A DNA stretch of 42,489 nt from Macrostomum lignano (taxonomy: Eukaryota): the NCBI GenBank assembly GCA_002269645.1, contig NIVC01004544.1, positions 1 to 42,489 of the forward strand, read 5' to 3'. Shown here piece by piece: positions 10,801-22,404 of the stretch. The translations under genes and the position numbers were made by a program. Position 1 is the stretch's first letter; the number at the start of each line of letters is the position of its first letter. The notes under the pieces were generated by a model that did not search any database, was not told the origin of the DNA, and saw nothing but the letters and a program-made list of their open reading frames with translations.

Positions 10801-13800
10801 CATGGCGTCCAGAGATGCATCGTCCTCGGTTGGTCGCAGCTTGTCCAACAGAACCGGCTGCACAGCCTGCAGAGAGTCAAGGGGTCAAATTGGTGCACAT
10901 GCAGATAGTCATCAGGGGGGACAATTAAGGTCAAACTGGTGCACATACAGAGATAGTTATCAGGGAGATAATTAAGGTCAAACTAATGCACATACAGCTA
11001 GCTAGTCATCGGGGAGAATTAAAGGTCAAACTGGTGCACATGCAGATTGTCATCAAGGAGACAATAAAGGTCAAACTGGTTGCCTGGTTAAACTTCGCGT
11101 CGGACGCCTGCAGACAACTGGTGGAATCTGCCCACAACGAGGCTGCCCGTGTCATCTCAGGATGCTGCAAATCTACGCCAACAGCCGCGCTCCTTATCGA
11201 AGCCGGACTCCAACCCCTGGCTCACAGTGCGGCGGCCGCGGCAGCGACGCTCCTGGACAAAACGCTCCGCCAACGCCAAGCCACCCCGCTCCGCAACATC
11301 GCCGACAGAGAAGTCACTCCTCGCATCCGCGCTCACGGCGGAAACGGCAACTTCCGCAGATGTTGGCGCAGGTGTGCCAGAGAGCTGACCCACAGAGCCG
11401 GACTGGCTGAGCTCCAAATCGAAACCGACAACGAGCTGGTGCCTCCGTGGTCATCCTCGACCAGCTTTCACATCCAAGACGCCCTCATAGTTAAGTGCTC
11501 ACGCGACGACCCACCGCATGTTCGCAGGGCCGCGGCGCTGGAGACCCTAGCGTCGCTCCCCCCCGCTGACCTGGAACTCTGGACGGACGGGTCGGCAGCA
11601 GGGGGTACCACCAACGGCGGAGCAGGAGCTGTCCTCTACACCCGCGGTTCGTCGACGCGCTTTCTGAGAGCTCCGGCGGGGAGCCTGACCTCGTCCTTCC
11701 GTGCGGAAGAATGCGCGCTTAGGCTCGGCCTCCAAGCAGCTTTTGACGCACTGCCGTGGCCGGGAAACCGCGAGCTGCGCTGCGCGACCGACTCCCAGGC
11801 CCTGCTCCGCTGCCTCAAAGGCGGCCCAAGCCCGCGGCTCTCCCCTTGCTGCCGCGACATACTGCGCATCTTGGGACGCCTCCCGCCTGGCCATCACGTG
11901 ACCCTGCAATGGATCCCGGGCCACTGCGACCTTCGTCGCAACGATCTCGCCGATGCCACTGCCCGCGCTGCTGCCACCCTTGATCAGACCAACGCACCCC
12001 TGGATCACCGCAGCGCACGCTCTGCCATTCTGGCGACGGCCCACAACGACTTCATCCGATCGTATGAGACAAACGAGCACTGCAGCACCCACCGCACCTG
12101 CATCAACGGCCGACGACCCAAACAGCAAACCTCCATGAACCGTAAGGACAGAGTCCTGCTAGCCCAACTACGCTCTGGCCACTGCCCGATACTCCGACAG
12201 TATCGGCACCGCATCGGGCTGGAACCGGAGGCCACCTGCCCGGCCTGCGGGGAGGCCCCGGAGGACCTCAAACACCTGCTCCTGGAATGTCGCGCCACGA
12301 CCGAGACCATACGACAAATTCTGGGCGAGAACCCGACGCTGGCCATCCTCCACGACGACGGCCCGCGCGCACTGCACTTCCTCCAGGCGGTAGGGGCGCA
12401 AACCCGCCCCCCGGATATTAACCCGGCCGGGAATTAACAACAACAACAACAAGGTCAAGCTGGTGCACATACAGATAGTCATCAGGGGGACAATTAAGGT
12501 CAAACTGGTGCACATACAGCGATAGTCATCAGGGAGACAATTAAGGTCAAACTAGTGCACATGTAGATACTTATCATGAAGAGACAATTAAGGTCGAACG
12601 GGTGCACATGCAGATAGTCATCATTGACAAATAAAGTAACACTAATGTACATACATCATAGTGGAAAGAGACAAATTGAAGGTCACATTAATGTACTTAT
12701 GGCTACATAGAAAGGAGACAATTCAAAGCAACAGCACTACAAAGACGCCTACCTGCAACTCGTCGCAGGAGTACACAAGCGAGTGGAACCAGTGCTCGCA
12801 CAACAGCTGCCAGGAGAGGTCCATGCTGAGCAGGTGCCCGGACTCCAGTCTGGCCACGGCGGATGCCTGACGGGCGGCGGCCGCCCGCAGGTCGGCGAAC
12901 TCCTGGCAGAGCGAGCGGACCAAGGCGCGGCACTGGTCGCGGCCGGAGACGCCAGACTCGCGCAGCTGGCTGAGCAGACGGGAGCCGGCCTCTTGCACCT
13001 GCAGAGCGGAGCGGATAGAGAATGGAGTGTACTTTAGAAGGTCACCCTTGAATTCAACAACAGCAGCAACAGAATGCTGACATCATAGGTCATCAGCAAA
13101 ACTAGTTTAGACGATATTAAATCAATTGATTGAATAAATAGACAACTGAAACTTAGGTCCACAAAGTGTGGGTCCTGAATAGCCTAATTTTTTTACCTGA
13201 TGCTCCCTGACCCTTCTGCTTTTATGCCCAACACAAAACGTCCAAAGTTCTCACCTGTTGGCGACCGACTTCTTCCAGCGCGTTGTACAACGCGCCGGGG
13301 TCGTTCTCGGCCAGCCAGTCGGCCTGCGCTGTCAGCCGGCCTTCGGGCGGAGCGGCGGCGTCGTCAGCGAACACAGCCTCGGCGGCAGCTCCGCCGCTGC
13401 CCAGATCGCGTAAGCGGCGCTTGACCAGCTGCGCCAGCAGGACTGGAGCTTCGGCACTGAAGCCGGGCGCAGCTGCGGACGCCAATGATGTCGAAGGATG
13501 CCGCAGCGACGTCGAGGCCGGCGGTGGTGGAGGCGGCTGTCTAAACGGCAGATTCGCAGATGAGAATGCCGACGAGCTGGGAAGCCGAGCGGGCGACTGG
13601 TGATGGCCAGTCTGGTGGTGGGAACCGTTCAGCAGGGGGCCGGCCGGAGCCGGCGGCGCGCCCATCACTGGGCCAGCGGCGGCGGCAGCGGGCCTTCGCG
13701 CAGCTGCCAACTTTCTATTGGCAATCTTTTTAGGGCTGCCGTTGGCTGTTCTGGCATCTCCGCCGCCGCTGCCGCCGCCGCTGCCGCTGCCGCTGCCACC

Positions 13801-14310
13801 GCTGGGCGCCGCCTGACCACCCAGTGCGGCCGCGGCACGCGCCGCGTCGAAGGGGCTCCAGGCTCCGGCGGCGAAATTCGTGATGCCCGGCGCCACGGCG
13901 AGGCCGCTGTTTGAGCTGAAGTTCAACGAGAACGGCGACGCGCCCGAGGCCGCGTAGGAGGCGGCGGCTGCGGCTGCCGCGGCGGCCAGAGTCGGTCGTT
14001 CGCCCGGCCGCAGCAAAGCGGCACCGGCGTTGTTGTTGCTGCCGCTGTTGCTTGGCGACTGAGCGGAGGCGGCGCTGCTGCTGCCGCCGGTGCTGCTGTT
14101 GGCGCCGGAGGCTCCGTTGAACACGAAGCTCGAGGTTGGGGCAGCGGCGGAGGTGGTGCCGAAGCCAAGGCCAGTGAAGATGGCTGGCTGAGGCTGCTGC
14201 TGGTCGGGAGTCGAGCACACAACCGGCAACGTGACGGCGATGGAGGGGGGCGGTCCGCCCCGGCGGATTCGCTTGCGCGTGGAGACCGCTTTGGGTCGGC
14301 TGCTGCTCAT
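7859..14310 (-). CDS. FAM193: FAM193-family protein, 1186 aa; exons 14310-13255, 12998-12753, 10866-8775, 8609-8528, 7943-7859
   Basis: GT-AG introns with phases 0,0,1,2; total 3561 nt. Recalled FAM193 hallmarks: CDCCYCEVFGH..REQLRLKLQKKKE, DIDELVKFIE, KKARQRAKK, and C-terminal EEVFRPRD..DPVVEQFKSFVLNTEAPKERQKV (FAM193_C-like). An acceptor TTTTCTTAG|GCAAC at 14377 precedes the ATG. A/B paralogue is not assignable. Confidence 0.88.
7947..8490 (+). repeat. ~42-43-bp G-run minisatellite (GAAACTGCTGGGGTGGGGGTGGGGGTTCTGCACTGTTGGTGGC) filling FAM193 intron 4
   Basis: About 13 copies; gaaactgc at 8196, 8238, 8281. Confidence 0.97.
10878..12640 (+). repeat. ~45-bp degenerate minisatellite (AATTAAGGTCAAACTGGTGCACATACAGATAGTCATCAGGGGGAC) in FAM193 intron 2, split by the LINE into 10878-11080 and 12451-12640
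   Basis: The same unit is seen on both sides of the insertion. Confidence 0.92.
11081..12450 (+). mobile_element. 5'-truncated non-LTR retrotransposon (I/Nimb/Ingi-like group): post-RT region, RNase H, CCHC knuckle, (CAA)n tail
   Basis: RNase HI motifs WTDGS, RAEECA, ATDSQ, WIPGHC, NDLAD; C-x2-C-x8-H-x4-C (CPACGEAPEDLKHLLLEC). Stop TAA at 12435-12437 is followed directly by CAA repeats. TSD AAGGTCAAACTGGT (11067-11080) / AAGGTCAAGCTGGT (12451-12464). Confidence 0.93.
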
Positions 14311-14477
14311 AGCGGGCTGGGGGCCACTTTGAGACTGAAATCGGAGGAGGGAGGAGTTGTTCCTGTGACTCGTTGCCTAAGAAAAGCATTAAATTAAAAC
14401 TACAAGCGTACTTATAAGTATTATATCACTTTAAACTTGTTTGCTACTCCCCCTGACAATTTTTTCTGCGTCGGAAG

Positions 14478-14638
14478 CATACATGCGCAACACGCGGCCG
14501 ACCCGGCCGGCTGGCGAAAGGCTCAGACAAGGTAAGTTGCAAAAATGCCCAGCCTAAAATACGTACGTAGTACTAATTAGATGACGAGGCATTAAGCTTT
14601 TATAGTACAGTCATACTTACTCCCGCCGTTTACCCAAA
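14478..14638 (+). mobile_element. Partial (left-end only) diverged copy of the same hAT-type MITE family
   Basis: Begins with the identical CATACATGCGCAAC and stays alignable to the 15902 copy (GCAAAAATGCCC, TGACGAGGCATT, CCGTTTACCCAAA). No right TIR was found. Confidence 0.75.
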
Positions 14639-15901
14639 ATGGGCGAAGACTAGAAAAAAATCAAAGGGGGGAGGGACCAAGCGAATTTTCATCAAAATAC
14701 AGAGCCACCATCTCCACCCACACTTGGGTCTTTACCCTCTAAAATCCTCCCCGACAAATTACTGATTGTGCTACTGGCGGAGCTTCTGGACCTTTAAACG
14801 ATGGCACCAGATGACTATGGACACCCTGTTGCGAATTTCTCTAGTTTCATTGATCAAGCCTCAACAGTAGGCAAACCTCAATTGCTAGACATCCTCAGCT
14901 GGTCTCTCAAGAATTCAGTCATCAAATCTGAGATTGTGGTAGAATATCTCAAAGTTGCAGAGGACTGACAACTGTATTTTTGTTTGAGAAGGTGCACAAC
15001 AAAAAGTTAGCCTGCATGTGATGTTATTAAATTTTGTTTGCCTATATTGCTTCATAATGGCACAGAAAAAAAGTTGCCAGGGGAATGGATCAATGTTACT
15101 ACTGTTCAGGAAGTAATTTTTTCAAAGAAATAAAAAATTCACACTCCTGAGATACAAACCCTAGTTGTTTTTTTAGTTTTAGCAAAGCAAGTAAGTATAT
15201 TTCTATTGTGTTCATTAAAACATATACACTGCTAGTGCTAGTGCAATTGCTAAAATTGTATTATAAGCATAGAAATGGACTTAAGAACTAATTGAATTCT
15301 ATGAAAATCAATAGTCTTCTATTAAGAATTTAAAAAATGACTGATACAATGTTTAAAAGCAGTAAGGAGCATATTCAAATTCAATATAGTTGTACAATAA
15401 CAGTGCACAATTTACCTTGGCATTTTTTAAATATTTTATCCTACAGGTATATTGCATTCTTAATTATTAACACTTAGCCTTAGCAATAAGAAAAATGATT
15501 TGGTAAAGTTTTAGCATACAAGATTGTTGTATTAAAGGAAAAATAGAATTAAAAAAGTATTGTATATCAGAAAAATGTGGCTAATAAATAATAGAAAATA
15601 GATATAATACCAATTAATAAGGCATAACAAGCAGTATTGGGCACCAGTCCATTAATAAGCATTAATCCATTAATAAATGTTAAGCTTTTTCATTAATGTT
15701 AACAGATTGCTCTTAAGATTTTTTTGCACTAATGGATTAATGAATTTGCATTAATAATTTTGTAGGTAAAAGATTATCATTATTAACTTCAATGGCAATG
15801 TCAATGACCAAAAATGCAAAGAAAGAACAAAAATATAAGTCTGATAAGAAGTTAAAACATTACAAATGTATCAAAATTTACCTAAATGCCTCATACATGT
15901 A

Positions 15902-16199
15902 CATACATGCGCAACAGTCGGCCGAGTCGGCCGATCCGGCCGACCGATTTGGCGGCCAACCAAGGAAGTCGCAAAAATGCCCACCCGAAAAAATAACGAA
16001 GTAAGAGTACTAAGTAGCTGACGAGGCATTTTGGCTTAATAAGACAGTTATAGTTACTCCTGCCGTTTACCCAAAGTTGCGTTAATTTTGCTTTAGGGTT
16101 TTTTTACATCTGAGTCGCATTTTTGGCCAAAAACTACGTCGCATTTTTGTTAAAACTAAGTCGCATGGCCGACCGAATTTCAGAGGTTGCGCATGTATG
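15902..16199. mobile_element. 298-bp non-autonomous hAT-type MITE
   Basis: 14-bp perfect TIR CATACATGCGCAAC / GTTGCGCATGTATG; 8-bp direct flanks TACATGTA (15894-15901, 16200-16207); subterminal GGCCGA and GTCGCA repeats at both ends. Confidence 0.85.
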
Positions 16200-18766
16200 T
16201 ACATGTAACTTGTAAAATTTAATACTCACGCCAAAAATTTATATTACCGTGGAAATTTATTAATGCACCTAATTATTCTCTTTGTTTATAATGATGATCA
16301 TGCAAATGTAACTTTAATAATCAATTAAAATTTTGAACTTTTTTGCTTGCATGTGAGCATAGATTACTTTGATTCACTTCTTTCCCAATCTTTTGTAATT
16401 TTCTGTTGTACCTGGGTCTTTGCCTAAGGGGGGAGGTGACCAACCTTCCCACACCCTGGTTGCACCACTGCCTAGATAAGAGTTAGAAAAGTGCAATACT
16501 TGTTTAATGCATGACATAGATCAAGCTTTATTTGTTAACTTTATTTTAGGCCCTAATTTGAAAATTTGTTATAACAATAACATGATACATTAACAGGCTT
16601 TATTATTATAAAATATAATGGCAATGCATAGAAAAAATATAAGAAAAATGGAAACAAAAGTATGATTTATTTAGTTTATTATTGTAAAAATGCTAAAAAA
16701 TAATTTAAAAAAGCATGCAAAAAGTTGCAATTTCTTATTTGAAAATCTTAGCAACAATTTTTTTGGAATAAAATGTGAATATGAATATGAATTGTGAATT
16801 TTTGTGATTATAATGTTTTAAAGAGAGGGGCTTAGCACAGCGCTGCATAATACATTCTTTGACTCTAATGATTTGTACTGGAGTCAATACTGAAACTCTC
16901 TGCGACTGATGGCTACTTATTATATTGCTAACTTTAAAAATTGACTAATTAGGTTAATAAGAACAAAATATCGTTTAATTAATACAGCTTAGCAAAATTA
17001 ATACATATAGTTTAATTTACACTTCATTGACAATTTAAAACACAGATAAGCATATAGTAGGTCTAGGGAATTATGTTGTCGATGTTTAAAGACATTCTGG
17101 ACGTGGCGTTGGTATAGAGGGATTTCCAAGAAAATTAAAAATTTAAACAACAATGTAAGCAAAGAAAAACCAATGTATAATTGAACGAATTCAAAAGCCT
17201 TCGCCTGAACTGACACGATTTCTCATGGAAGCATTGCATCTTTGGAAAGTGTTATTCTTTCAGGCTCAGAAGTCAGAGTTTAGGCTCAATGGAAAAAAGT
17301 GATCATCATAACCTCGTCGAGACCTCTGTTAATGTGGATGAAAACTTGGGTTGTGCTCGTGCATAAATTTTTGTTGCTTTAGCTTTGTGCATCTTTTTGC
17401 GAGTTGATTGTTTCTTTAGATGTTCTCAATGGCATCGGCCCTTTATTGGCATTTTTGTTTCTGAACTGGGGACAATTTAATTTCGCACTTGAACAACATC
17501 CATTGAAGTCATCTTTGGTTAAACCACAGATACTAGAATAATTTTAGCTATCTTACAATCCGTGGGTTACACGTGCAAGTAAATGCATTATATACATTAT
17601 ACACAAGGACGCAGTACATTAGTATCGAGTGTTTAATCCATGGAGGTACGTCAGTCCTACGGAAATTCATTCGAGAAGCATGGACCAATCTTAAGGACAA
17701 CTAAATCTTTCCCCTATTTATCCTATGTGTTTTTGGATGAATAAATTTTACTCCTGTAGTCATTTATTGAAATTCAGCAAAATTAGCTTCGATATTACTT
17801 CATTTTTTAGTTAGTATAACAGAGACATTGTATTTATTATTATATGTTTATTTTGTCAACAATATTGGCTTTTGGTGGCTACTTGCAGTAGAATTCTTCA
17901 TAAATCTTTGAGTAGATGTACACGATAGCTGTGTACATACAAAATCTCGACCTAAATATTTTTGCTTTGCTTGAATATAAACGCATCACACATGTTTTAA
18001 GTGGGATTGATTGATTGATCATTTTATACCATAATGCCACATGCTATGCCTCGCGTACATGTATGCACCCGGAAATATTTTGTAGCACGCTGTCGTCGAT
18101 TTGATTTGCCTACCGTGCACTGTTCTCTGTACATTCAGTGAATCTGATGGCTGCTTTTATCATATAGCAACACCCAGGTAGTCCTCATGACAAGTCCATG
18201 CTTACACTTTTTACAATAGCGTCTTGACATTATGCATTTTATTGAATGACAGCTCATCAATTTAAATTTCTTGTACGTGTAGATGCATTGTTGCAGCCTA
18301 GTAGAGGCTGTATGAGTTCTCGGCTTGCTTTTGTTGTCGGGTGTCTTCTTTAAGCGTATAGCTAACCAGAAGGACCAGAGAGAGAGCCAAGTCGCTCACC
18401 TCTCTTCACTGTTTGTCTATTCAGAGGGCCCTTCAGAAGCAAATTGCCCACATTGGTTGTATTGGAATAAGTGGTTGAGGTGACAAAAGTAGTCGGAATT
18501 AGTCAGCGAGTACACGGGTTCAAAGAGACTGTTAGAAATTATTCCGGTATAGTTGCCGGGCGGATACTGTTTTACACGGGGCTCAGCCTAATGCAGACAC
18601 ATTGCCAGCAGATTTTAAGGTGGGAGAGCATGCAATTAAAATTAGCAAAAGCGATAAAGTTTTGCCGCTTGCTTGTCGATCCTACCCTGACTCCTATCCT
18701 AGGTCCTAGGAATTTCTGACACTCACTTCGGCATCCCTGACTCTTATCCTAGGCATTTCTGACACT

Positions 18767-19060
18767 CATTCTGACGCTACTGACACTCATTCTGACGCTA
18801 CTGACACTCATTCTGACGCTACTGACACTCATTCTGACGCTACTGACACTCATTCTGACGCTACTGACACTCATTCTGACGCTACTGACACTCATTCTGA
18901 CGCTACTGACACTCATTCTGACGCTACTGACACTCATTCTGACGCTACTGACACTCATTCTGACGCTACTGACACTCATTCTGACGCTACTGACACTCAT
19001 TCTGACGCTACTGACACTCATTCTGACGCTACTGACACTCATTCTGACGCTACTGACACT
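18767..19060 (+). repeat. Perfect 21-bp minisatellite (CATTCTGACGCTACTGACACT) x14
   Basis: 294 bp = 14 identical units. Confidence 0.98.
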
Positions 19061-20261
19061 CATTTCGGTGCCGATATTGACACCGATCGGTGCCGATGGT
19101 GCCGATCATTTTGGTGACAGCATGACTATCGAGGAGCGATATCAAACTTAGCTAAGTAGGAGAAATGCAAAATTATTTTCTGCAGTTTTTTATCAAAGCT
19201 GGTTAAAAATTGCGCACAGCCACCGAGAGTCAGTGCCAGTTGCTTCTGATGCGGCTACTTCGCATTTTATTTCTCATAGTTGATTGGATTTGTTATTTTT
19301 ATTTGGCTACCTTAGCTGAGTCAACAGGTATGCTTCTACCCCCCCCCCCAACTCGGTTAATTTTCTCAGCGCTCTCATTTTTTGAGAAGCCTAAGAATTC
19401 TGCAATATCCTACATTAGAGTTGCTCAAGAGTAATTCTGCCTCCCAATGCAGCGATCGTACTCACTGAGCAAAAAAGGTATGTGACGTAATCAGGGGAAT
19501 ATGACTCCAATGTTTGTGTGCGCGTGTTTTTTCTTTATAAGAGAAGCTGTTTGGCAAAGGAGAGATCGCGGCGCAGGACCTGCTGGCAGTCATTTTGACA
19601 GGCATTCTGCTGGCTATGGGGATTTCGTGAGATCGGAAATTGATGCCCGGGAAGGGTTTGGGTGAGCTGGCCAAGGCAGAGACCCCGTATAGGACAAGAA
19701 ATTATCCTGACCCGAGGCTGTTTGAGCCCCGTCCTTGTCTCCATCAATCACCTGCTCTGTCATGTGAATACAACCATGGCCTCCTATTCATAGCTCGGTT
19801 TTCATATCTAGTTTTTCTGCGTGTGTGCTGAATGGTGCCACCAACCCCACCTTTCTGCGTCTCCCTCTAACCCTTGTTGCGTAATCGTACTGCCCGAATA
19901 TTCCATTCCGCGGCAAATGCACAAAAGGTGGGCTGTCTGATGGAGACAGAGAGTAAATTGGGTCGGTTATGCTGCGCGCGTGTCTGTTTTAAACCCAGAG
20001 CGCTGAGTGACACTTGCTGCACGGCTCCAGTAGAAGTCATAAATGGAACGGGTGAGAAACGGCTAAACTTGCATCACCCCGGATTTAAAAGCGGGAATGA
20101 AAAAATATGTTGCGGGACAGCTGCGTTTCTGAGCGAGCGGGGGTTGAAGAGACAGTAAGAGGGCAGTGAAGGAAAACGAAAATGGATTCTGAATATTGGT
20201 AAAAAGGGAATTGAAGAGTTATGGAGATACGATCTGGGAAAGGGGAGGGAGGCAGGGAGAC

Positions 20262-21290
20262 GGAGAGAGGATCAGAAAGAGAGGGAGAGAGGATCAGAGA
20301 GAGGGAGAGAGGATCAGAGATAGAGGGAGAGAGGATCAGAGAGAATGAGAAAGGAACAGAGAGAGAGGGAGAGAGGATCAGAGAGAATGAGAGAGGATCA
20401 GAGAGAGAGGGAGAGAGGATCAGAGAGAATGAGAGAGGATCAGAGAGAGAGAGAGAGGATCAGAGAGAGAGGGAGAGAGGATCATAGAGAGAGGGAGAGA
20501 GGATCAGAGAGAGAGGGAGAGAGGATCAGAGAGAGAGAGGGAGAGAGGATCAGAGAGAGAGGGAGAGAGGATCAGAGAGAATGAGAAATGATCAGAGAGA
20601 GAGGGAGAGAGGATCAGAGAGAGAGGGAGAGAGGATCAGAGAGAGAGAGGGAGAGAGGATCAGAGAGAGAGGGAGAGAGGATCAGAGAGAGAGAGGGAGA
20701 GAGGATCATAGAGAGAGGGAGAGAGGATCAGAGAGAGAGGGAGAGAGGATCAGAGAGAGAGAGGGAGAGAGGATCAGAGAGAGAGGGAGAGAGGATCAGA
20801 GAGAGGGAGAGAGGATCAGAGAGAATGAGAGAGGATCAGAGAGAGAGAGAGAGGATCAGAGAGAGAGGGAGAGAGGATCATAGAGAGAGGGAGAGAGGAT
20901 CAGAGAGAGAGGGAGAGAGGATCAGAGAGAGAGAGGGAGAGAGGATCAGAGAGAGAGGGAGAGAGGATCAGAGAGAATGAGAAATGATCAGAGAGAGAGG
21001 GAGAGAGGATCAGAGAGAGAGGGAGAGAGGATCAGAGAGAGAGAGGGAGAGAGGATCAGAGAGAGAGGGAGAGAGGATCAGAGAGAGAGAGGGAGAGAGG
21101 ATCATAGAGAGAGGGAGAGAGGATCAGAGAGAGAGGGAGAGAGGATCAGAGAGAGGGAGAGAGGATCAGAGAGATAGGGAGAGAGGATCAGAGAGAGAGG
21201 GAGAGAGGATCAGAGAGAGAGGGAGAGAGGATCAGAGAGAATGAGAAATGATCAGAGAGAGGGAGAGATGATCAGAGACAATGAGAGAGG
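20262..21290 (+). repeat. GGATCA(GA)nGG(GA)n purine-rich minisatellite
   Basis: Variable ~18-26 bp units. Confidence 0.96.
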
Positions 21291-21881
21291 AGAAGAGAAG
21301 AGAAAACGAGGTGAAATCACTGAAGGAGTCATTGGCTGAGAATTTGCTTGAGTCAATGCTCATTCTGAGCTGATAAGGCTACGGAGCTGTCAGATCAGAG
21401 TCGCCAAATCTTCGCTGCTGTCACAGAGCCAAAATCTGATTGAAATTCAATCCGCTTATGGCAAGGGAGAGGAGAGGAAGGAGATCCCAGCAGATGTGTC
21501 CCCAAAGCTGCCGCTGAATTCCACGAGGTGAGAAGGCACTCAGAGCAGCGGAGAGCAACTGGCAACTGTTTATGAATGCCAAAAAACAAATTACAAATCA
21601 GAACTCTCGTGCCAAGACTGATTTCCCGTGCCGGGGTCCCCGGCCACCTGTCACCAGCAGTCAGTTTTATTGCTGAGTCTCAAGGAATAATTTGAGTCCC
21701 CTCTAAGTGAGGTCCCGCTTCCTATTAAATGGTTTTCGGTTTGCCTTTTCTTCGCCATTGAGAGCAGCTCTCAGCCACTCAGCAGAGCAATTGGCTTTTC
21801 AATTTGTTGAGGACAGATTGCAGGAAATTAATTAGAATTGGGGGAGTGGAAATTAATTAAAGACGGGAATTAAGGAAGAAG

Positions 21882-22404
21882 GGAATGTGGGAGAGGGGAA
21901 TGTGGGAGAGGGGAATGCGGGAGAGGGGAATGCGGGAGAGGGGAATGCGGGAGAGGGGAATGTGGGAGAGGGGAATGTGGGAGAGGGGAATGCGGGAGAG
22001 GGGAATGCGGGAGAGGGGAATGCGGGAGAGGGGAATGTGGGAGAGGGGAATGTGGGAGAGGGGAATGCGGGAGAGGGGAATGCGGGAGAGGAGAATGAGG
22101 GAGATGGGAATGCGGGAGAGGGGAATGCGGGAGAGGGGAATGCGGGAGAGGGGAATGTGGGAGAGGGGAATGCGGGAGATGGGAATGCGGGAGAGGGGAA
22201 TGAGGGAGATGGGAATGCGGGAGAGGGAACTGTAGGAGAGAGGAATGCGGGAGATGGGAATGCGGGAGAGGGGAATGAGGGAGATGGGAATGCGGGAGAG
22301 GGGAATGCGGGAGAGGGGAATGCGGGAGAGGGGAATGCGGGAGAGGGGAATGCGGGAGAGGGGAATGCGGGAGAGGGGAATGCGGGAGATGGGACTGTGG
22401 GAGA
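21882..22404 (+). repeat. 15-bp minisatellite (GGGAATGCGGGAGAG)
   Basis: About 35 copies with GC/GT variants. Confidence 0.97.

Noticed and set aside
8854-13914. Plus-strand ORFs opposite FAM193 exons (poly-Leu, poly-Cys etc.) and minus-strand ORFs opposite the LINE
   Set aside because: Antisense shadows of GC-rich coding sequence.
14801-14968. 55-aa plus-strand ORF MAPDDYGHPVANF..KVAED following the MITE left end
   Set aside because: Short, no recognisable transposase or other motif.
15660-15742. 13-bp inverted repeat CATTAATCCATTA/TAATGGATTAATG
   Set aside because: Very AT-rich context and no TSD; chance or a decayed relic.
17000-18720. Short exon-like frames on the minus strand (e.g. 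ICGLTKDDFNGCC.., AEPRVKQYPPGNY..)
   Set aside because: Could not be chained into a phase-consistent gene; no known motif.
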